The position numbers were made by a program, and so were the translations under genes. Of a stretch of 64,000 nt of DNA, positions 50,008-60,527 are shown piece by piece. Under the pieces are notes generated by a model, which did not search any database, was not told the DNA's origin, and saw nothing but the letters and a program-made list of their open reading frames with translations. The first letter of the stretch is position 1. Each line of letters opens with the position of its first letter. The DNA comes from an uncultured Pseudomonadota bacterium. GTDB lineage: Bacteria > Pseudomonadota > Alphaproteobacteria > RF32 > CAG-239. The DNA is taken from the NCBI GenBank assembly GCA_949297185.1, contig CASFRM010000004.1:8866-72865 (forward strand), written 5' to 3'.

Positions 50008-53000
50008 TGAGCGACCTAAGCCAACAAAAACAAGAACGCATAGCTATTGCCTCCGCCCAACAACGCAATGCTTCCGACCCCAAGTTTTCGGTTTGGGTAG
50101 AGGCTTCGGCCGGCACCGGCAAAACCAAAGTATTATCCGATAGAGTTTTAAGATTATTACTTTCCGGAGCCAACCCGTCAAAAATATTGTGTTTAACCTA
50201 CACCAAAGCCGCTGCGGTAGAAATGAGCAACCGTATAGCCTCACGCCTAAGCTCATGGGCCGTTATGCCGGAAGAAAACTTAAAAGAAGAACTGTCAAAA
50301 CTCTTAGGAATTACCGCTGCCAGCATTGAATCACAACTAACCGACACCGCCCGCCGTTTGTTTGCAATTTTACTGGATGTCCCCGGCGGACTAAAGATTC
50401 AAACTTTTCACAGTTTCTGCGAAGCCATCCTCAAAAGGTTTCCGCTGGAAGCTAAAATATCTCCGTATTTTTCCATTATCGACGACCGCAGTGCCAAAGA
50501 AGCCATCGAAAATATCAAGCTCGATATTTTAAGAGGTAACACCTCCAAACGAGTAAAAGAAGCCATTGCCTATATTGCTGCCAACACCAGCGAATTCAGG
50601 TTTCCGCGAATAATGGATTCTATTACCTCCAACCACAATCACTTTGCTTTCTATCTGCAACAACATGGTGGTATCGATAATCTGATTAACCACATTGCCT
50701 CTGTCTTGCAAATATCTACCCAAGATACTGCCGAAACCCAAATTGCAAAATTTTGGCACGAAGCTCCGCAGGAAGACATCAAATACATCATTGAGGCCTA
50801 TAGAGCTTCGGACAATGACAATCTTGCAAAGTTAGCTGTTGCAACGGCCCAAGCCGTCGAGAATAAAAATTTTGCCGATTATGCCGACATTTTTGTAAGC
50901 AACGGCGAAATGAAAAAACGACTAACTGTCAAAAAGACGCGTACTGATTTTCCGCAAATAGAAGATATCCTGGTAAGAGAAAGCAATCGCATTATCGCTT
51001 GCCAAAACATCTTAAAAAGCATATCTCTGCTGCAGTCAACAACGGCAATTTTGATTTTAAGCGTCGAAATTTTATCTCGCTACCAACATTACAAAGATAT
51101 CCATTCGCAAATGGACTTCAACGATTTGCTTATGCTTACCAATCGCTTGCTCGCCACTCCTAAAGTTTCGGATTGGGTTTTATACAAGCTCGACGGCGGT
51201 ATTGATAATATTTTGATAGATGAGGCTCAAGATACATCTCCCGCCCAATGGTCGGTAATCAAATCCCTTACCTCGGAATTTTTCTCAGGGTTGGGAGCCA
51301 AAACCGTCCAACCGACAATTTTTGTCGTTGGCGACCGCAAACAATCGATTTATTCGTTCCAAGGTGCCGACCCGCAAGAATTTGCCAAAATGCACGATTA
51401 TTTCAAATCCCGTGCCGGCGAATTTAGAGATGTAAATATGGAAGTTTCGTTCCGCTCCACTGCCGCCATTTTAGACATTGTCAACCAAGTATTTCTTGAT
51501 GAGCGTGCCCGCAAAGGCGTTGCCGCAGACGGACAAAACATCGCCCACATTCCTTCTCGTATCGGAGACGGCGGTCGAGTAGAGCTGTGGTCTTTATGCG
51601 AACCGGAGCCGGAGGACAAAAGCGATAAAGTATGGTACCCGCCGGTAGAACGCGTAAGCGCAATTTCACCTTCTACCAAACTGGCTCAACAAATAGCCGA
51701 AACCATAAAACAAAAAGTCAGCCGCAAAGAACTATTGCAATCTCAAGGACGCCCCTTGCGTTACCGCGATTTCCTGATTTTGGTACAACAAAGAACTCCC
51801 TTTGTTGAAGAGCTGGTAAGAGCTTGCAAAAATGCCGGCGTTGCCATCACCGGCGTCGACAAAATAAAGCTCTCGGAACAAATTGTCGTAAGCGATTTGT
51901 TGGCCTGTGCTAAATTTACCTTATTACCCTCCGATGACTTAAATCTGTGTTGTGTTCTAAAATCTCCGTTATTTGCTCTTGACGATGACGATTTATTTGA
52001 GCTTTGTTACTCTCGTGGAGATGTAAGCGTTTGGGAAAGACTTTGCCAAAACGACAAATACCAAACTGCACAAACCACGCTTCAAGAGCTTATCGAACTA
52101 TCCAAAAACACTCGCCCGTTCGAATTTTTCAATCATATCCTAAGCAAGCTTAACGGCCGCATCAAATTTGTAGCTCGCTTAGGCACCGAATGCGAAGACG
52201 CCATTGATGAGCTTATCAACCTCACCATAAAATTCGAGCAAGAGCACATTCCCACACTACAAACTTTTGTTGATTGGATGGAAGCAGACGATGTCGAGAT
52301 TAAACGCGATTTAGAGCAACCCAATCTTGACGCCGTTAGGCTAATGACGGTTCACGGCTCTAAGGGACTGCAAGCACCGATAGTAATTTTACCCGACACC
52401 GTAAGAGTCAAAAGCCTCAAAAAAGAAGCCGCATTTCTTAAAGGCAATGATATTTTGCTCTACCCCTTAAGCAAAAACGAATATGATGAACATGCAATAA
52501 AGCTCATGGAAAAAGAGCAAGCTCTAAATCTCGAAGAATACCACCGGCTGTTGTATGTTGCACTCACCAGAGCCGAAGAATGTCTATGCGTTTGCGGATT
52601 TCGCAAAAAGAATGCTCCCAAAAACCAATCCTGGTACGAGATATGCAAAACCGCCTTTTCCGAACTGGCTATACCGGTTGATGACAAACTAATATACGAG
52701 GTCACACAGGAAAATCAAGCCTCTACCGCAAAAGATAAATCTGTTTTGCCTCAAACTCCGTTGCCGAGCTTTATCGATAAGCCGGCTCCAGAGGAAGCAC
52801 CTTTGGCTCGCCCCCTAACCCCGTCGCATCAGGACGAAAGCAAGATTTCGGCACTTTCGCCGCTTTTGGCCAGTAATGATGCGTTGCTCTATAATCGCGG
52901 CCGCCTCATTCACAAACTTTTGCAGTTTATTCCCTCTGCTCAAGAGGATTCCAGAGACAAACTTATTGCCGACTTTCTTAATAACCAAGCCCAAGATCTT

Positions 53001-53351
53001 TCTGATGAGGCCAAACAACAAATTGCAAACGAAGTTTTATCTCTCATATCATCACCGCAATTTGCGCCGCTGTTTAGCTCTCAATCATCAGCCGAAGTTT
53101 CAATTATGGGCGAGGTAGACGGCCGCATTATAAACGGACAAATTGACCGTTTGGTAGTAATGCCCGACAAAGTTATGATAATTGACTACAAGACCAATCG
53201 TCCGGCAGCCCAAAGCCTTGCCGAAGTACCTTTGGCATATATCAAACAAATGCAAGCATACAAGCAATTAATAAGCCGCATCTACCCAAACAAAACCGTT
53301 GAGACCTATATTTTATGGACCAACACCGCCCAAATAATGAAAATTGAATAA
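50007..53351 (+). CDS. addA: Double-strand break repair helicase-nuclease AddA
   Basis: UvrD-type Walker A VEASAGTGKT, DEAQDTSP, and C-terminal nuclease GQIDRLVV....IIDYKTN. TAATG overlap with addB. Confidence 0.9.
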   Translation: MSDLSQQKQERIAIASAQQRNASDPKFSVWVEASAGTGKTKVLSDRVLRLLLSGANPSKILCLTYTKAAAVEMSNRIASRLSSWAVMPEENLKEELSKLLGITAASIESQLTDTARRLFAILLDVPGGLKIQTFHSFCEAILKRFPLEAKISPYFSIIDDRSAKEAIENIKLDILRGNTSKRVKEAIAYIAANTSEFRFPRIMDSITSNHNHFAFYLQQHGGIDNLINHIASVLQISTQDTAETQIAKFWHEAPQEDIKYIIEAYRASDNDNLAKLAVATAQAVENKNFADYADIFVSNGEMKKRLTVKKTRTDFPQIEDILVRESNRIIACQNILKSISLLQSTTAILILSVEILSRYQHYKDIHSQMDFNDLLMLTNRLLATPKVSDWVLYKLDGGIDNILIDEAQDTSPAQWSVIKSLTSEFFSGLGAKTVQPTIFVVGDRKQSIYSFQGADPQEFAKMHDYFKSRAGEFRDVNMEVSFRSTAAILDIVNQVFLDERARKGVAADGQNIAHIPSRIGDGGRVELWSLCEPEPEDKSDKVWYPPVERVSAISPSTKLAQQIAETIKQKVSRKELLQSQGRPLRYRDFLILVQQRTPFVEELVRACKNAGVAITGVDKIKLSEQIVVSDLLACAKFTLLPSDDLNLCCVLKSPLFALDDDDLFELCYSRGDVSVWERLCQNDKYQTAQTTLQELIELSKNTRPFEFFNHILSKLNGRIKFVARLGTECEDAIDELINLTIKFEQEHIPTLQTFVDWMEADDVEIKRDLEQPNLDAVRLMTVHGSKGLQAPIVILPDTVRVKSLKKEAAFLKGNDILLYPLSKNEYDEHAIKLMEKEQALNLEEYHRLLYVALTRAEECLCVCGFRKKNAPKNQSWYEICKTAFSELAIPVDDKLIYEVTQENQASTAKDKSVLPQTPLPSFIDKPAPEEAPLARPLTPSHQDESKISALSPLLASNDALLYNRGRLIHKLLQFIPSAQEDSRDKLIADFLNNQAQDLSDEAKQQIANEVLSLISSPQFAPLFSSQSSAEVSIMGEVDGRIINGQIDRLVVMPDKVMIIDYKTNRPAAQSLAEVPLAYIKQMQAYKQLISRIYPNKTVETYILWTNTAQIMKIE

Positions 53352-53441
53352 ATACAGGATTTTTTGGATAAAAAACTTTATTTATAAAAAATTTATCACT
53401 ATATTATAAGAAACAATGCTTTTTTAATGAAAGGAAAAATC

Positions 53442-53753
53442 ATGCTATCGATCAAAGATTCCGATTTCAATTCCGAAGTTCTCAACTCTTCCGGCTTGGT
53501 TTTGGTAGATTTCTGGGCCGAATGGTGCGGACCTTGCCGCCAACTTTTACCGACCATGGAAGAAGTTTCTCAAGAAATGCCCAATGTTCGCATTTTTAAG
53601 ATGAATGTTGACGAAGCTCCGGAAACTCCCGCCAACTATGGTTTAAGAAGCATTCCTTCTTTGCTTTTATTCAAAGACGGCAAATTGGTAGATACCAAAG
53701 TAGGATTGCAAACAAAATCGACCATTACTTCATGGCTCAATAGCTACTTATAA
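53442..53753 (+). CDS. trxA: Thioredoxin
   Basis: VLVDFWAEWCGPCRQL. The second ATG is preferred (AAAGGA RBS). The addB-addA-trxA order is typical of Alphaproteobacteria. Confidence 0.95.
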   Translation: MLSIKDSDFNSEVLNSSGLVLVDFWAEWCGPCRQLLPTMEEVSQEMPNVRIFKMNVDEAPETPANYGLRSIPSLLLFKDGKLVDTKVGLQTKSTITSWLNSYL

Positions 53754-53784
53754 AAAAAAGCTCCGCACAAACGGAGCTTTTTTA
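53752..53784. terminator. Bidirectional terminator between trxA (+) and the chromate transporter gene (-)
   Basis: AGCTCCG-cacaaa-CGGAGCT is flanked by A8 and T6. Confidence 0.75.
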
Positions 53785-54300
53785 TAACCTCAAAACTATT
53801 CCGACTATTGCCGACAGACATAGATATATAATGGGACTTTGCTTCCAAAGCCTCATCATTGCAAGCAACCCGACAAATACCACTATCTCCAAACTTCCCG
53901 TGATAGATATTTTTGCCACTTGCAATCCGGCATATAGTATCAATGCCAGCACCGCCGGTCTTATACCGCTCAAAACATTATGCACTCTTACATTACAGCT
54001 ATATTTGCTCATCATTTTGGCGACCATAATCATTATAATCACCGAAGGCAATACCAAACCGAATGTTGCAATAATTCCGCCCCAAACACCGGCTGCATTA
54101 AATCCGGCAAAAGTAGCCATATTCACACCTATAGGCCCCGGAGTAGACTCAGAAACCGCAATCATATTGGTTAATTCTGCCTTAGAAAACCAATCATACC
54201 TGTCAGTTAAATCAAACAAAAACGGTACGGTAACCAAACCACCGCCGATAGCAAAAAGCCCTATTTTAAAAAATTCCGCCAATAACAACAAATAGGTCAT
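53782..54300 (-). CDS. Chromate transporter family protein (half-size, second of a pair)
   Basis: 172 aa, polytopic. FKIGLFAIGGGLVTVPFL and SESTPGPIGVNMATFAG are typical CHR family motifs. Confidence 0.8.
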   Translation of the reverse strand: MTYLLLLAEFFKIGLFAIGGGLVTVPFLFDLTDRYDWFSKAELTNMIAVSESTPGPIGVNMATFAGFNAAGVWGGIIATFGLVLPSVIIMIMVAKMMSKYSCNVRVHNVLSGIRPAVLALILYAGLQVAKISITGSLEIVVFVGLLAMMRLWKQSPIIYLCLSAIVGIVLRL

Positions 54301-54839
54301 TTTCTAATCCTCTTAATTTCGCCTGCCGCCAAAGCAACCATACCTGCCAAAAGCACTAACAGCACTGCCGAAATATCCAGCCACACCAACAAAATCATAG
54401 CTGCAATAAATATAGCCGCCGCAAAATAATTATTAAGATTCTTCTTAGCCAAATCATACACTACATCGGCAATCAAGGCTGCTACACAAACTCTGATACC
54501 TGCAAAAGCATATGCCACATAGCGATTATCGGTAAATTTTTGCAAAACCGAAGCCAGCAAAGTAATTATGATTACCGAAGGCAAAACAATACCTAAAGTA
54601 GCTGCCACCGCTCCCCATATTTTTTTTTGCTGATATCCGATAAATGTTGCCACATTAATAGAGATAATACCGGGAGTACATTGCCCGATTGAGTACAAAT
54701 CCAACAATTCCTGTTCGGTAATAAATTTTCGTTTTTCAACCACTTCGGCTCTGAGCAAAGGCAACATTGCATACCCGCCGCCAAATGTAAACAAGCCGAT
54801 TTTAAAAAACAGCTCAAACAGCTTCCAAAGTTCTCGCAT
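54297..54839 (-). CDS. Chromate transporter family protein (half-size, first of a pair)
   Basis: FKIGLFTFGGGYAMLPLL and GQCTPGIISINVATFIGY. 4-nt overlap with the partner gene. Confidence 0.8.
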   Translation of the reverse strand: MRELWKLFELFFKIGLFTFGGGYAMLPLLRAEVVEKRKFITEQELLDLYSIGQCTPGIISINVATFIGYQQKKIWGAVAATLGIVLPSVIIITLLASVLQKFTDNRYVAYAFAGIRVCVAALIADVVYDLAKKNLNNYFAAAIFIAAMILLVWLDISAVLLVLLAGMVALAAGEIKRIRK

Positions 54840-54855
54840 TTTTAGTCTCTCAATT

Positions 54856-55431
54856 TCAAAGCTTGCTCAAAGCCACCGCAATATCACTACTCATCAACTC
54901 AAGCAAAGTGCTTTCTGCCTCAACAAATTCGGAAAAACTTTCTCCCACCGGCAGCTCATTGCTAAATTTCTGCTGTTTTACGATTTTACCCGAACTGTTT
55001 ACAACCGACCACCAAGCTTGTAGGACGGCTTTTTGTCCCCACACAAAATCCATTCTGACCACTTGTACTTTCACTAACCAGTCAAAGTCCTCACTGAGCA
55101 AAACTTTAGACTTCACCATCGAATTTGGCAAATACAAGGACAAATCCGCCGCAATAGCCCTCTGGGTCATATCATCAAGGTCTTCACCCCAACGCTCGGT
55201 TTCACTAACTTTCATCTGCGGATTTTGCTTTTCAAAAACCACAATCTGTGGTCTGTCTAGATAATCCGGCATCAGCACGGTATCAACACCGACATTAAGT
55301 TTTTTTGTGCTCACCGGCTTTACCTCTTCCTTATCCGGAATCATGATATTATAAAATGTACTTTGTTGTGTATACCCGCCGAAGCATCCACTTACCAAAA
55401 AACAAATCAAAACCGCTGCTATTTTTTTCAT
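54856..55431 (-). CDS. ABC-transport auxiliary lipoprotein (PqiC/YmbA, DUF330-like)
   Basis: Lipobox LVSGC. Size and position immediately downstream of an MCE protein fit this role. Confidence 0.6.
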   Translation of the reverse strand: MKKIAAVLICFLVSGCFGGYTQQSTFYNIMIPDKEEVKPVSTKKLNVGVDTVLMPDYLDRPQIVVFEKQNPQMKVSETERWGEDLDDMTQRAIAADLSLYLPNSMVKSKVLLSEDFDWLVKVQVVRMDFVWGQKAVLQAWWSVVNSSGKIVKQQKFSNELPVGESFSEFVEAESTLLELMSSDIAVALSKL

Positions 55432-55433
55432 TT

Positions 55434-56189
55434 TTACCTCTTTCCTTTAATTAATGCTTCCGGATGTTGTTCCAAATAATCGGTAAGATTTTGCAACGAT
55501 TTTGCAGCCTTACTGATATTTATGGTTGCCGTGTTAATATTATCTAGAAGCTCGCTAGACGCACCGCGATTTTTGCTCACCGCTCTATCAAGATTAGTAA
55601 TAATACGATTTATATCCGGCATACTTTGGTTCAATCCTTTAAAGAAATCATTAAAATTCTTTACCCCTTCGGCCAGTTGAATCTTCTGCAAACCTCGTGA
55701 CAACTCACCCATTGTTGACAAAGCTGTAGGTATTTCAAGAAATTTAGCACTTTCATGATAATTTATCGGAGTATCAGGCAACATCTGCAACTCGATCATT
55801 AACTGTCCCGTAACATAGCTTTGTGTCGCCAATCTTGCACGCAATCCTTTACCAACCAATGCATCAAGAACCTCTTTACCTTTTTTATTATTAACTTTAC
55901 TGTTAATACCTCTGGTATTCATTCTTGCATGTACCGGAATACTAAAATCCAAAGTATCGGTATCGGCAATAATATCTATTTTAGTAACCTCACCGATTTT
56001 AACTCCTTTCAATACAACCGGAGAGCCGACACTTAAGCCATTAATGGACTCTTCAAAATACATCACCACTTCATTACTTTCGTTTGCAAAAATTTTATTT
56101 TTTAACAACGCCAAAATAATGACGGTAAATAAAGCAATTGCCGTCAACAAGAACAGTCCGATAAGTTTACGGTTTGGTTGGTTAGCCAT
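55434..56189 (-). CDS. MCE/MlaD-family substrate-binding protein
   Basis: N-terminal TM anchor, then an MCE core (GLSVGSPVVLKGVKIGEVTKI). Confidence 0.8.
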   Translation of the reverse strand: MANQPNRKLIGLFLLTAIALFTVIILALLKNKIFANESNEVVMYFEESINGLSVGSPVVLKGVKIGEVTKIDIIADTDTLDFSIPVHARMNTRGINSKVNNKKGKEVLDALVGKGLRARLATQSYVTGQLMIELQMLPDTPINYHESAKFLEIPTALSTMGELSRGLQKIQLAEGVKNFNDFFKGLNQSMPDINRIITNLDRAVSKNRGASSELLDNINTATINISKAAKSLQNLTDYLEQHPEALIKGKR

Positions 56190-56944
56190 TATTTTTTACC
56201 TCCGCTCAAGAAATGCAACACATTTTTATTAGGTGGATTTTTCAACAACTCTTTAGGATTACCATAAGCCGAGATAGTTTTTGTCTCTGCATCAAGAAAT
56301 ATTGAATCTTTACCTATTGCAAAAATCGAACTCAATTCGTGAGTAATAATAACGATAGTTGTTCCCAAACTTTTGTTAATTTCCAAAATTAAATCATCCA
56401 ACAACTTTGAACTCACCGGATCAAGTCCCGCCGATGGCTCATCAAAATACAATATGTCAGGATCAAGGGCCAAAGCTCTTGCCAATCCGGCTCTTTTTTT
56501 CATACCGCCCGAAATTTCTGCCGGATAAAAATCCTCATACCCCTTCAACCCGACCAAAGCTAACTTAAAAGCAACCAAATCTTTGATTAGGTCATCAGAA
56601 TAATTGGTATATTGTTGTAATGGCATTGCCACATTTTCGGCCAAAGTCATTGAAGAAAACAAGGCTCCGCTTTGATATAGGATTCCGCAATTTTGCATAA
56701 TTTTCTTTTTTTGTGCCGGCTCGGCATTATCAAAACGCACTCCGTCAATCCAAATTTTTCCCTCATCGACACTTTTTAATCCGGTCAACAATCGCAACAA
56801 ACTACTCTTACCGCAACCGGAGCCGCCCATTATGATAAAGATATCGCCTTTTTTTATTTCAAAGTTCAAATTTTGCATAAGCACATTTGAACCATATGCG
56901 ATATTCAGTCCCTCGGCTTTTATTTTAACACTATCTTCTGTCAT
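56189..56944 (-). CDS. ABC transporter ATP-binding protein (MlaF-like)
   Basis: Walker A GGSGCGKSS, signature ISGGMKKRAGLARAL, Walker B ILYFDEPSAGLD. Confidence 0.9.
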   Translation of the reverse strand: MTEDSVKIKAEGLNIAYGSNVLMQNLNFEIKKGDIFIIMGGSGCGKSSLLRLLTGLKSVDEGKIWIDGVRFDNAEPAQKKKIMQNCGILYQSGALFSSMTLAENVAMPLQQYTNYSDDLIKDLVAFKLALVGLKGYEDFYPAEISGGMKKRAGLARALALDPDILYFDEPSAGLDPVSSKLLDDLILEINKSLGTTIVIITHELSSIFAIGKDSIFLDAETKTISAYGNPKELLKNPPNKNVLHFLSGGKK

Positions 56945-58047
56945 ATTCCCAACGCCTCAAGAATTGATGTCAAAATTCCGGTAGCCACAATCATAATTAC
57001 AATAGAAGAAACCACGGCTTTTGTAGTTGCCCAACCAACGCTGTCTGCATTTCTGCCGCAATTTACCCCATAGTAACAACCGCAACAAGATATAATTATG
57101 CCATACATAAATCCGTGAAATACTCCGACCAAAAAGTTAGTCAGCTCAAAAGCTTTGATTGAATACACCCAATATTGCGGAGCAGAAATATCCAACATTA
57201 AAATTGCCACAGTGGCACCGCCTATCATTCCCATAATATCGGCCCACATAGTCAAAAACGGCATTGTTATGATAAGACTCAACAACCTTGGCAACACCAA
57301 AAAATCAGTCACCGGCAAGCCAAGCGTCTTAAGCGCATCGACCTCCTCATTAACCTGCATTGTACCGATTGTTGCGGCGTAAGAAGCGCCTGTTCTGCCG
57401 GCCATAATAATACCGGCCATAATTGCCCCCATAATTCTGGTCATACCTATGGCAACCAAGGATGCGATATATATTTGCGCGCCAAACATTTTAAGCTGCA
57501 AGGCTCCGACAAAAGCCAATATCAAACCGACCATAAAGCTCACTAAAGAAACTATACCTATTGCCTTATAGCCGCAATCCGCCAGTGCAAATTCAAAATC
57601 CACTCTCCGCAACACGGCTCTGCCGGTAAAAAAACGCCCCAAAGATTTTATCGTATCACCCAAAAACGCCCAAGATTTTTTAATTCCCTCAAGCATACGC
57701 AAACCGCTATCGCCCAAATCTTCAAGAAAGCCCCAATTTTTGCCTTCTTTTCCTTTAGGTTTTCGATCCACGGTCAAGGCCAGAGTTATTAAATTTTGCA
57801 AATCATTAGGTAACTCTGTTGTATCAACTTCAATATTTTTCGCTTTTGCCCGCAAAATAATCTGATAAAAAGCCGCCGCCAAGCAAGAATTCCATCTTTG
57901 CAAACTCTTTCCATCAAAACAAACTTTATGAGATTTTTCCAAATTTTGATACAGGGCATTTAGCTGCTCTTGATTATCATAGTCACGCAAATCACCATCT
58001 GCGGTGATTGTCAAAACCTTTTGTGTAAGCAAAAAATCCAGAGCCAT
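56941..58047 (-). CDS. MlaE-family ABC permease with a ~110-aa N-terminal extension (STAS-like?)
   Basis: The C-terminal ~255 aa are polytopic and MlaE-like (..EVDALKTLGLPVTDFLVLPRLL..). The N-terminal soluble segment is of uncertain family. Confidence 0.75.
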   Translation of the reverse strand: MALDFLLTQKVLTITADGDLRDYDNQEQLNALYQNLEKSHKVCFDGKSLQRWNSCLAAAFYQIILRAKAKNIEVDTTELPNDLQNLITLALTVDRKPKGKEGKNWGFLEDLGDSGLRMLEGIKKSWAFLGDTIKSLGRFFTGRAVLRRVDFEFALADCGYKAIGIVSLVSFMVGLILAFVGALQLKMFGAQIYIASLVAIGMTRIMGAIMAGIIMAGRTGASYAATIGTMQVNEEVDALKTLGLPVTDFLVLPRLLSLIITMPFLTMWADIMGMIGGATVAILMLDISAPQYWVYSIKAFELTNFLVGVFHGFMYGIIISCCGCYYGVNCGRNADSVGWATTKAVVSSIVIMIVATGILTSILEALGI

Positions 58048-58140
58048 TTTTCATATCCACGGAATAAAAACATACACATACTATATAGACACTATTTTAA
58101 AAAAGCAAGTCTGCAAAAAATAACTAAGTATGTAAACTTA

Positions 58141-58172
58141 TAAAAAATAAGAGGCTGGAAAGCCTCTTATTT
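58141..58172 (-). terminator. glyQS terminator
   Basis: ATAAGAGGCT-ggaa-AGCCTCTTAT. The minus strand follows with TTTTTTA. Confidence 0.75.
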
Positions 58173-58175
58173 TGG

Positions 58176-59540
58176 TTACTCATTAAAGTAATTTCGCAAA
58201 TAGTCTTTCAAATCTGCGGTATTAACCCTGATTTGTTGCATAGTATCTCTGTCACGAATAGTAACCGATTCCGGTTGATTTTCAATTGTCTCAAAATCAA
58301 CTGTCAGACACAACGGTGTACCGATTTCATCGTGTCTGCGATATGCCTTACCGATATTTCCGGTATTTTCCAAAGCCACTCTACCGATACCAAGCTTAAG
58401 CAAATTTTGCTTAATTTCATGACACTTTGCCATAATCTGCTCATTATTTTTCTTCAACGGTATCACGGCAACCTTAATCGGAGCTAGGTGTTTTTTTAAT
58501 TTCAAGACGATACGAGAGTTGCCATCACCCAAATCTTCTTCGGTATAAGCCTCGGTCATTACCGCCAACACACCGCGATCAACCCCCATCGAAGGCTCAA
58601 TAACAAACGGCACAACCCATTTGTTATTATCATCCATAATGCACAATTTCTGCGTAGATTCCTTATTTTCATGGCACTTGGAAGTAAGGTTCATTTCTTC
58701 CTGAGCTTTGGTATGATTTCCCAAATCATAATCGGTGCGGTTAGCAATACCTTCCAATTCTTCCATTCCGTGCGGAAACTGATATTCAATATCATAACAA
58801 GCCTTGGCATAGTGAGCCAAATCTTCCTTAGGAGTTGTATAGATATTAATATTCTCGCGTTTTAACCCCTGTTGTTCCCACCATCTGATGCGTTCTTCTT
58901 TCCAAATTTCATGCCACTTTTCGTCTTCACCGGGCATTACAAAATATTCCAACTCGGCCTGTTCAAATTCTCTCACCCGAAAGATAAAGTTTCTCGGAGT
59001 AATTTCGTTTCTGAAAGATTTACCGATTTGTGCAATACCAAACGGCAGTTTACGCGAGGTTGAATCTACCACATTTTTAAATTGAGTAAATATGGCCTGA
59101 GCGGTTTCCGGTCGCAAATATCCAAAAGAGGAACCATCGTCTACCGGACCGATATTGGTTTTAAACATCAAATTAAACGGTCTTGGTTCAGTTAATTCCG
59201 TAGAACCGCAATTCGGACATTTACCATCTTTAATATGATCAGCCCTAAAACGACCTTTACACTTTTTACAATCGGTCATCGGATCAGAAAAAGTATCTTC
59301 GTGACCGGAATAATGCAATACTTTTTGATTAGTCAAAATTGCAGCATCAAGCCCTTCGACATCATCTCTTTCATACACCATTGCTCGCCACCAAGCTGCT
59401 TTAAGATTATTTTTAAGCTCAACACCGAGCGGACCATAATCATACACGCCTTGCAAACCGCCGTAAATATCGGCATTCTGAAAAATAAACCCTCTGCGTT
59501 TGCACAAAGACACCAACTGGTCCATAGAAGTAGCAACCAT
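58176..59540 (-). CDS. glyQS: Glycine--tRNA ligase, homodimeric (GlyQS) type
   Basis: [40 protein letters not shown] is the hallmark N-terminus of the alpha2-type GlyRS. The class II core and anticodon-binding C-terminus are present in one 454-aa chain. Confidence 0.9.
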   Translation of the reverse strand: MVATSMDQLVSLCKRRGFIFQNADIYGGLQGVYDYGPLGVELKNNLKAAWWRAMVYERDDVEGLDAAILTNQKVLHYSGHEDTFSDPMTDCKKCKGRFRADHIKDGKCPNCGSTELTEPRPFNLMFKTNIGPVDDGSSFGYLRPETAQAIFTQFKNVVDSTSRKLPFGIAQIGKSFRNEITPRNFIFRVREFEQAELEYFVMPGEDEKWHEIWKEERIRWWEQQGLKRENINIYTTPKEDLAHYAKACYDIEYQFPHGMEELEGIANRTDYDLGNHTKAQEEMNLTSKCHENKESTQKLCIMDDNNKWVVPFVIEPSMGVDRGVLAVMTEAYTEEDLGDGNSRIVLKLKKHLAPIKVAVIPLKKNNEQIMAKCHEIKQNLLKLGIGRVALENTGNIGKAYRRHDEIGTPLCLTVDFETIENQPESVTIRDRDTMQQIRVNTADLKDYLRNYFNE

Positions 59541-59628
59541 ATTAACCCTCTTTATATTTTATAAATTAAAAATTAACTTCTACAGTTTTATAATGATAAA
59601 CTTGAAAAAGCAAGCGGAGATATAAAAA

Positions 59629-60489
59629 ATGGCCAAAAAAATAAAAGTAGCCCTGATTTATGACTTTGACGGTACTTTAAGTACAACTGATATGCAAAAC
59701 TACGCCCTCATTCCGGAATTTGGCATGACTCCGGAAGATTTTTGGTACGAGGCCAATAAATGGAGCCGCGATCACGGAGCCGACCAAATTACCGGTTCAA
59801 TGTACTACTTTTTCAAAAAGGCCGAAGAACTAAACATAAAGCTAAGCCGCGCCAACTTTGCCGAAGCCGGCAAAAACATCAAATATTTTCCAGGGGTTGA
59901 AGGCTGGTTCACTCGCATTAAAGAATATGGCAAATCTTTGCACTTAGATGTCGAACACTACATAATCTCAGCCGGTTACGAAGAAATTTTATCCGGTTGC
60001 AGTATCAAAAAATACTTCAAAGATATTTTCGGTTGCTGCTTTGCATTCAATGACGAAGGCAAACCGGTTTGGCCGGCAAGAGTTGTAAACTACTCAACCA
60101 AAACCCAGTATTTATCAAAAATCAACAAAGGTCTAGGCAAATTGGAAGACAGAGCGGTTAATGAGTTTATGCCTGACAACAAGCGTCCGATTCCTTTTAC
60201 TCGCATGATATATTTTGGCGACGGAAGCACTGATATTCCCTCAATGAAACTCACCAAAGAACGCAACGGCAATGCCATAGCCGTATATAATCCCAACGGC
60301 AGCAATAAAGCCACGGCACTCAAGTTATTGCGTGACGGCAGAGTAAACTTTGCTCTTCCGGCAGATTATCGCGAAGACAAACAACTTGATAAAGTGGTAA
60401 AAACCATTTTGGACAAGCTTGCCAAAGAACGCGACTTGGATGTCCTAAAAGCTAAAGAAGAAAAGAAGAAAAAGCTTCTATCTCAATAG
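59629..60489 (+). CDS. HAD-superfamily hydrolase-like protein
   Basis: Motif I IYDFDGTLS and motif IV YFGDGSTDIPSM. Substrate is unknown. Confidence 0.65.
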   Translation: MAKKIKVALIYDFDGTLSTTDMQNYALIPEFGMTPEDFWYEANKWSRDHGADQITGSMYYFFKKAEELNIKLSRANFAEAGKNIKYFPGVEGWFTRIKEYGKSLHLDVEHYIISAGYEEILSGCSIKKYFKDIFGCCFAFNDEGKPVWPARVVNYSTKTQYLSKINKGLGKLEDRAVNEFMPDNKRPIPFTRMIYFGDGSTDIPSMKLTKERNGNAIAVYNPNGSNKATALKLLRDGRVNFALPADYREDKQLDKVVKTILDKLAKERDLDVLKAKEEKKKKLLSQ

Positions 60490-60527
60490 CTCTAAATGCT
60501 AAGGCTGTATTAATTTTTGCTCTGTTA

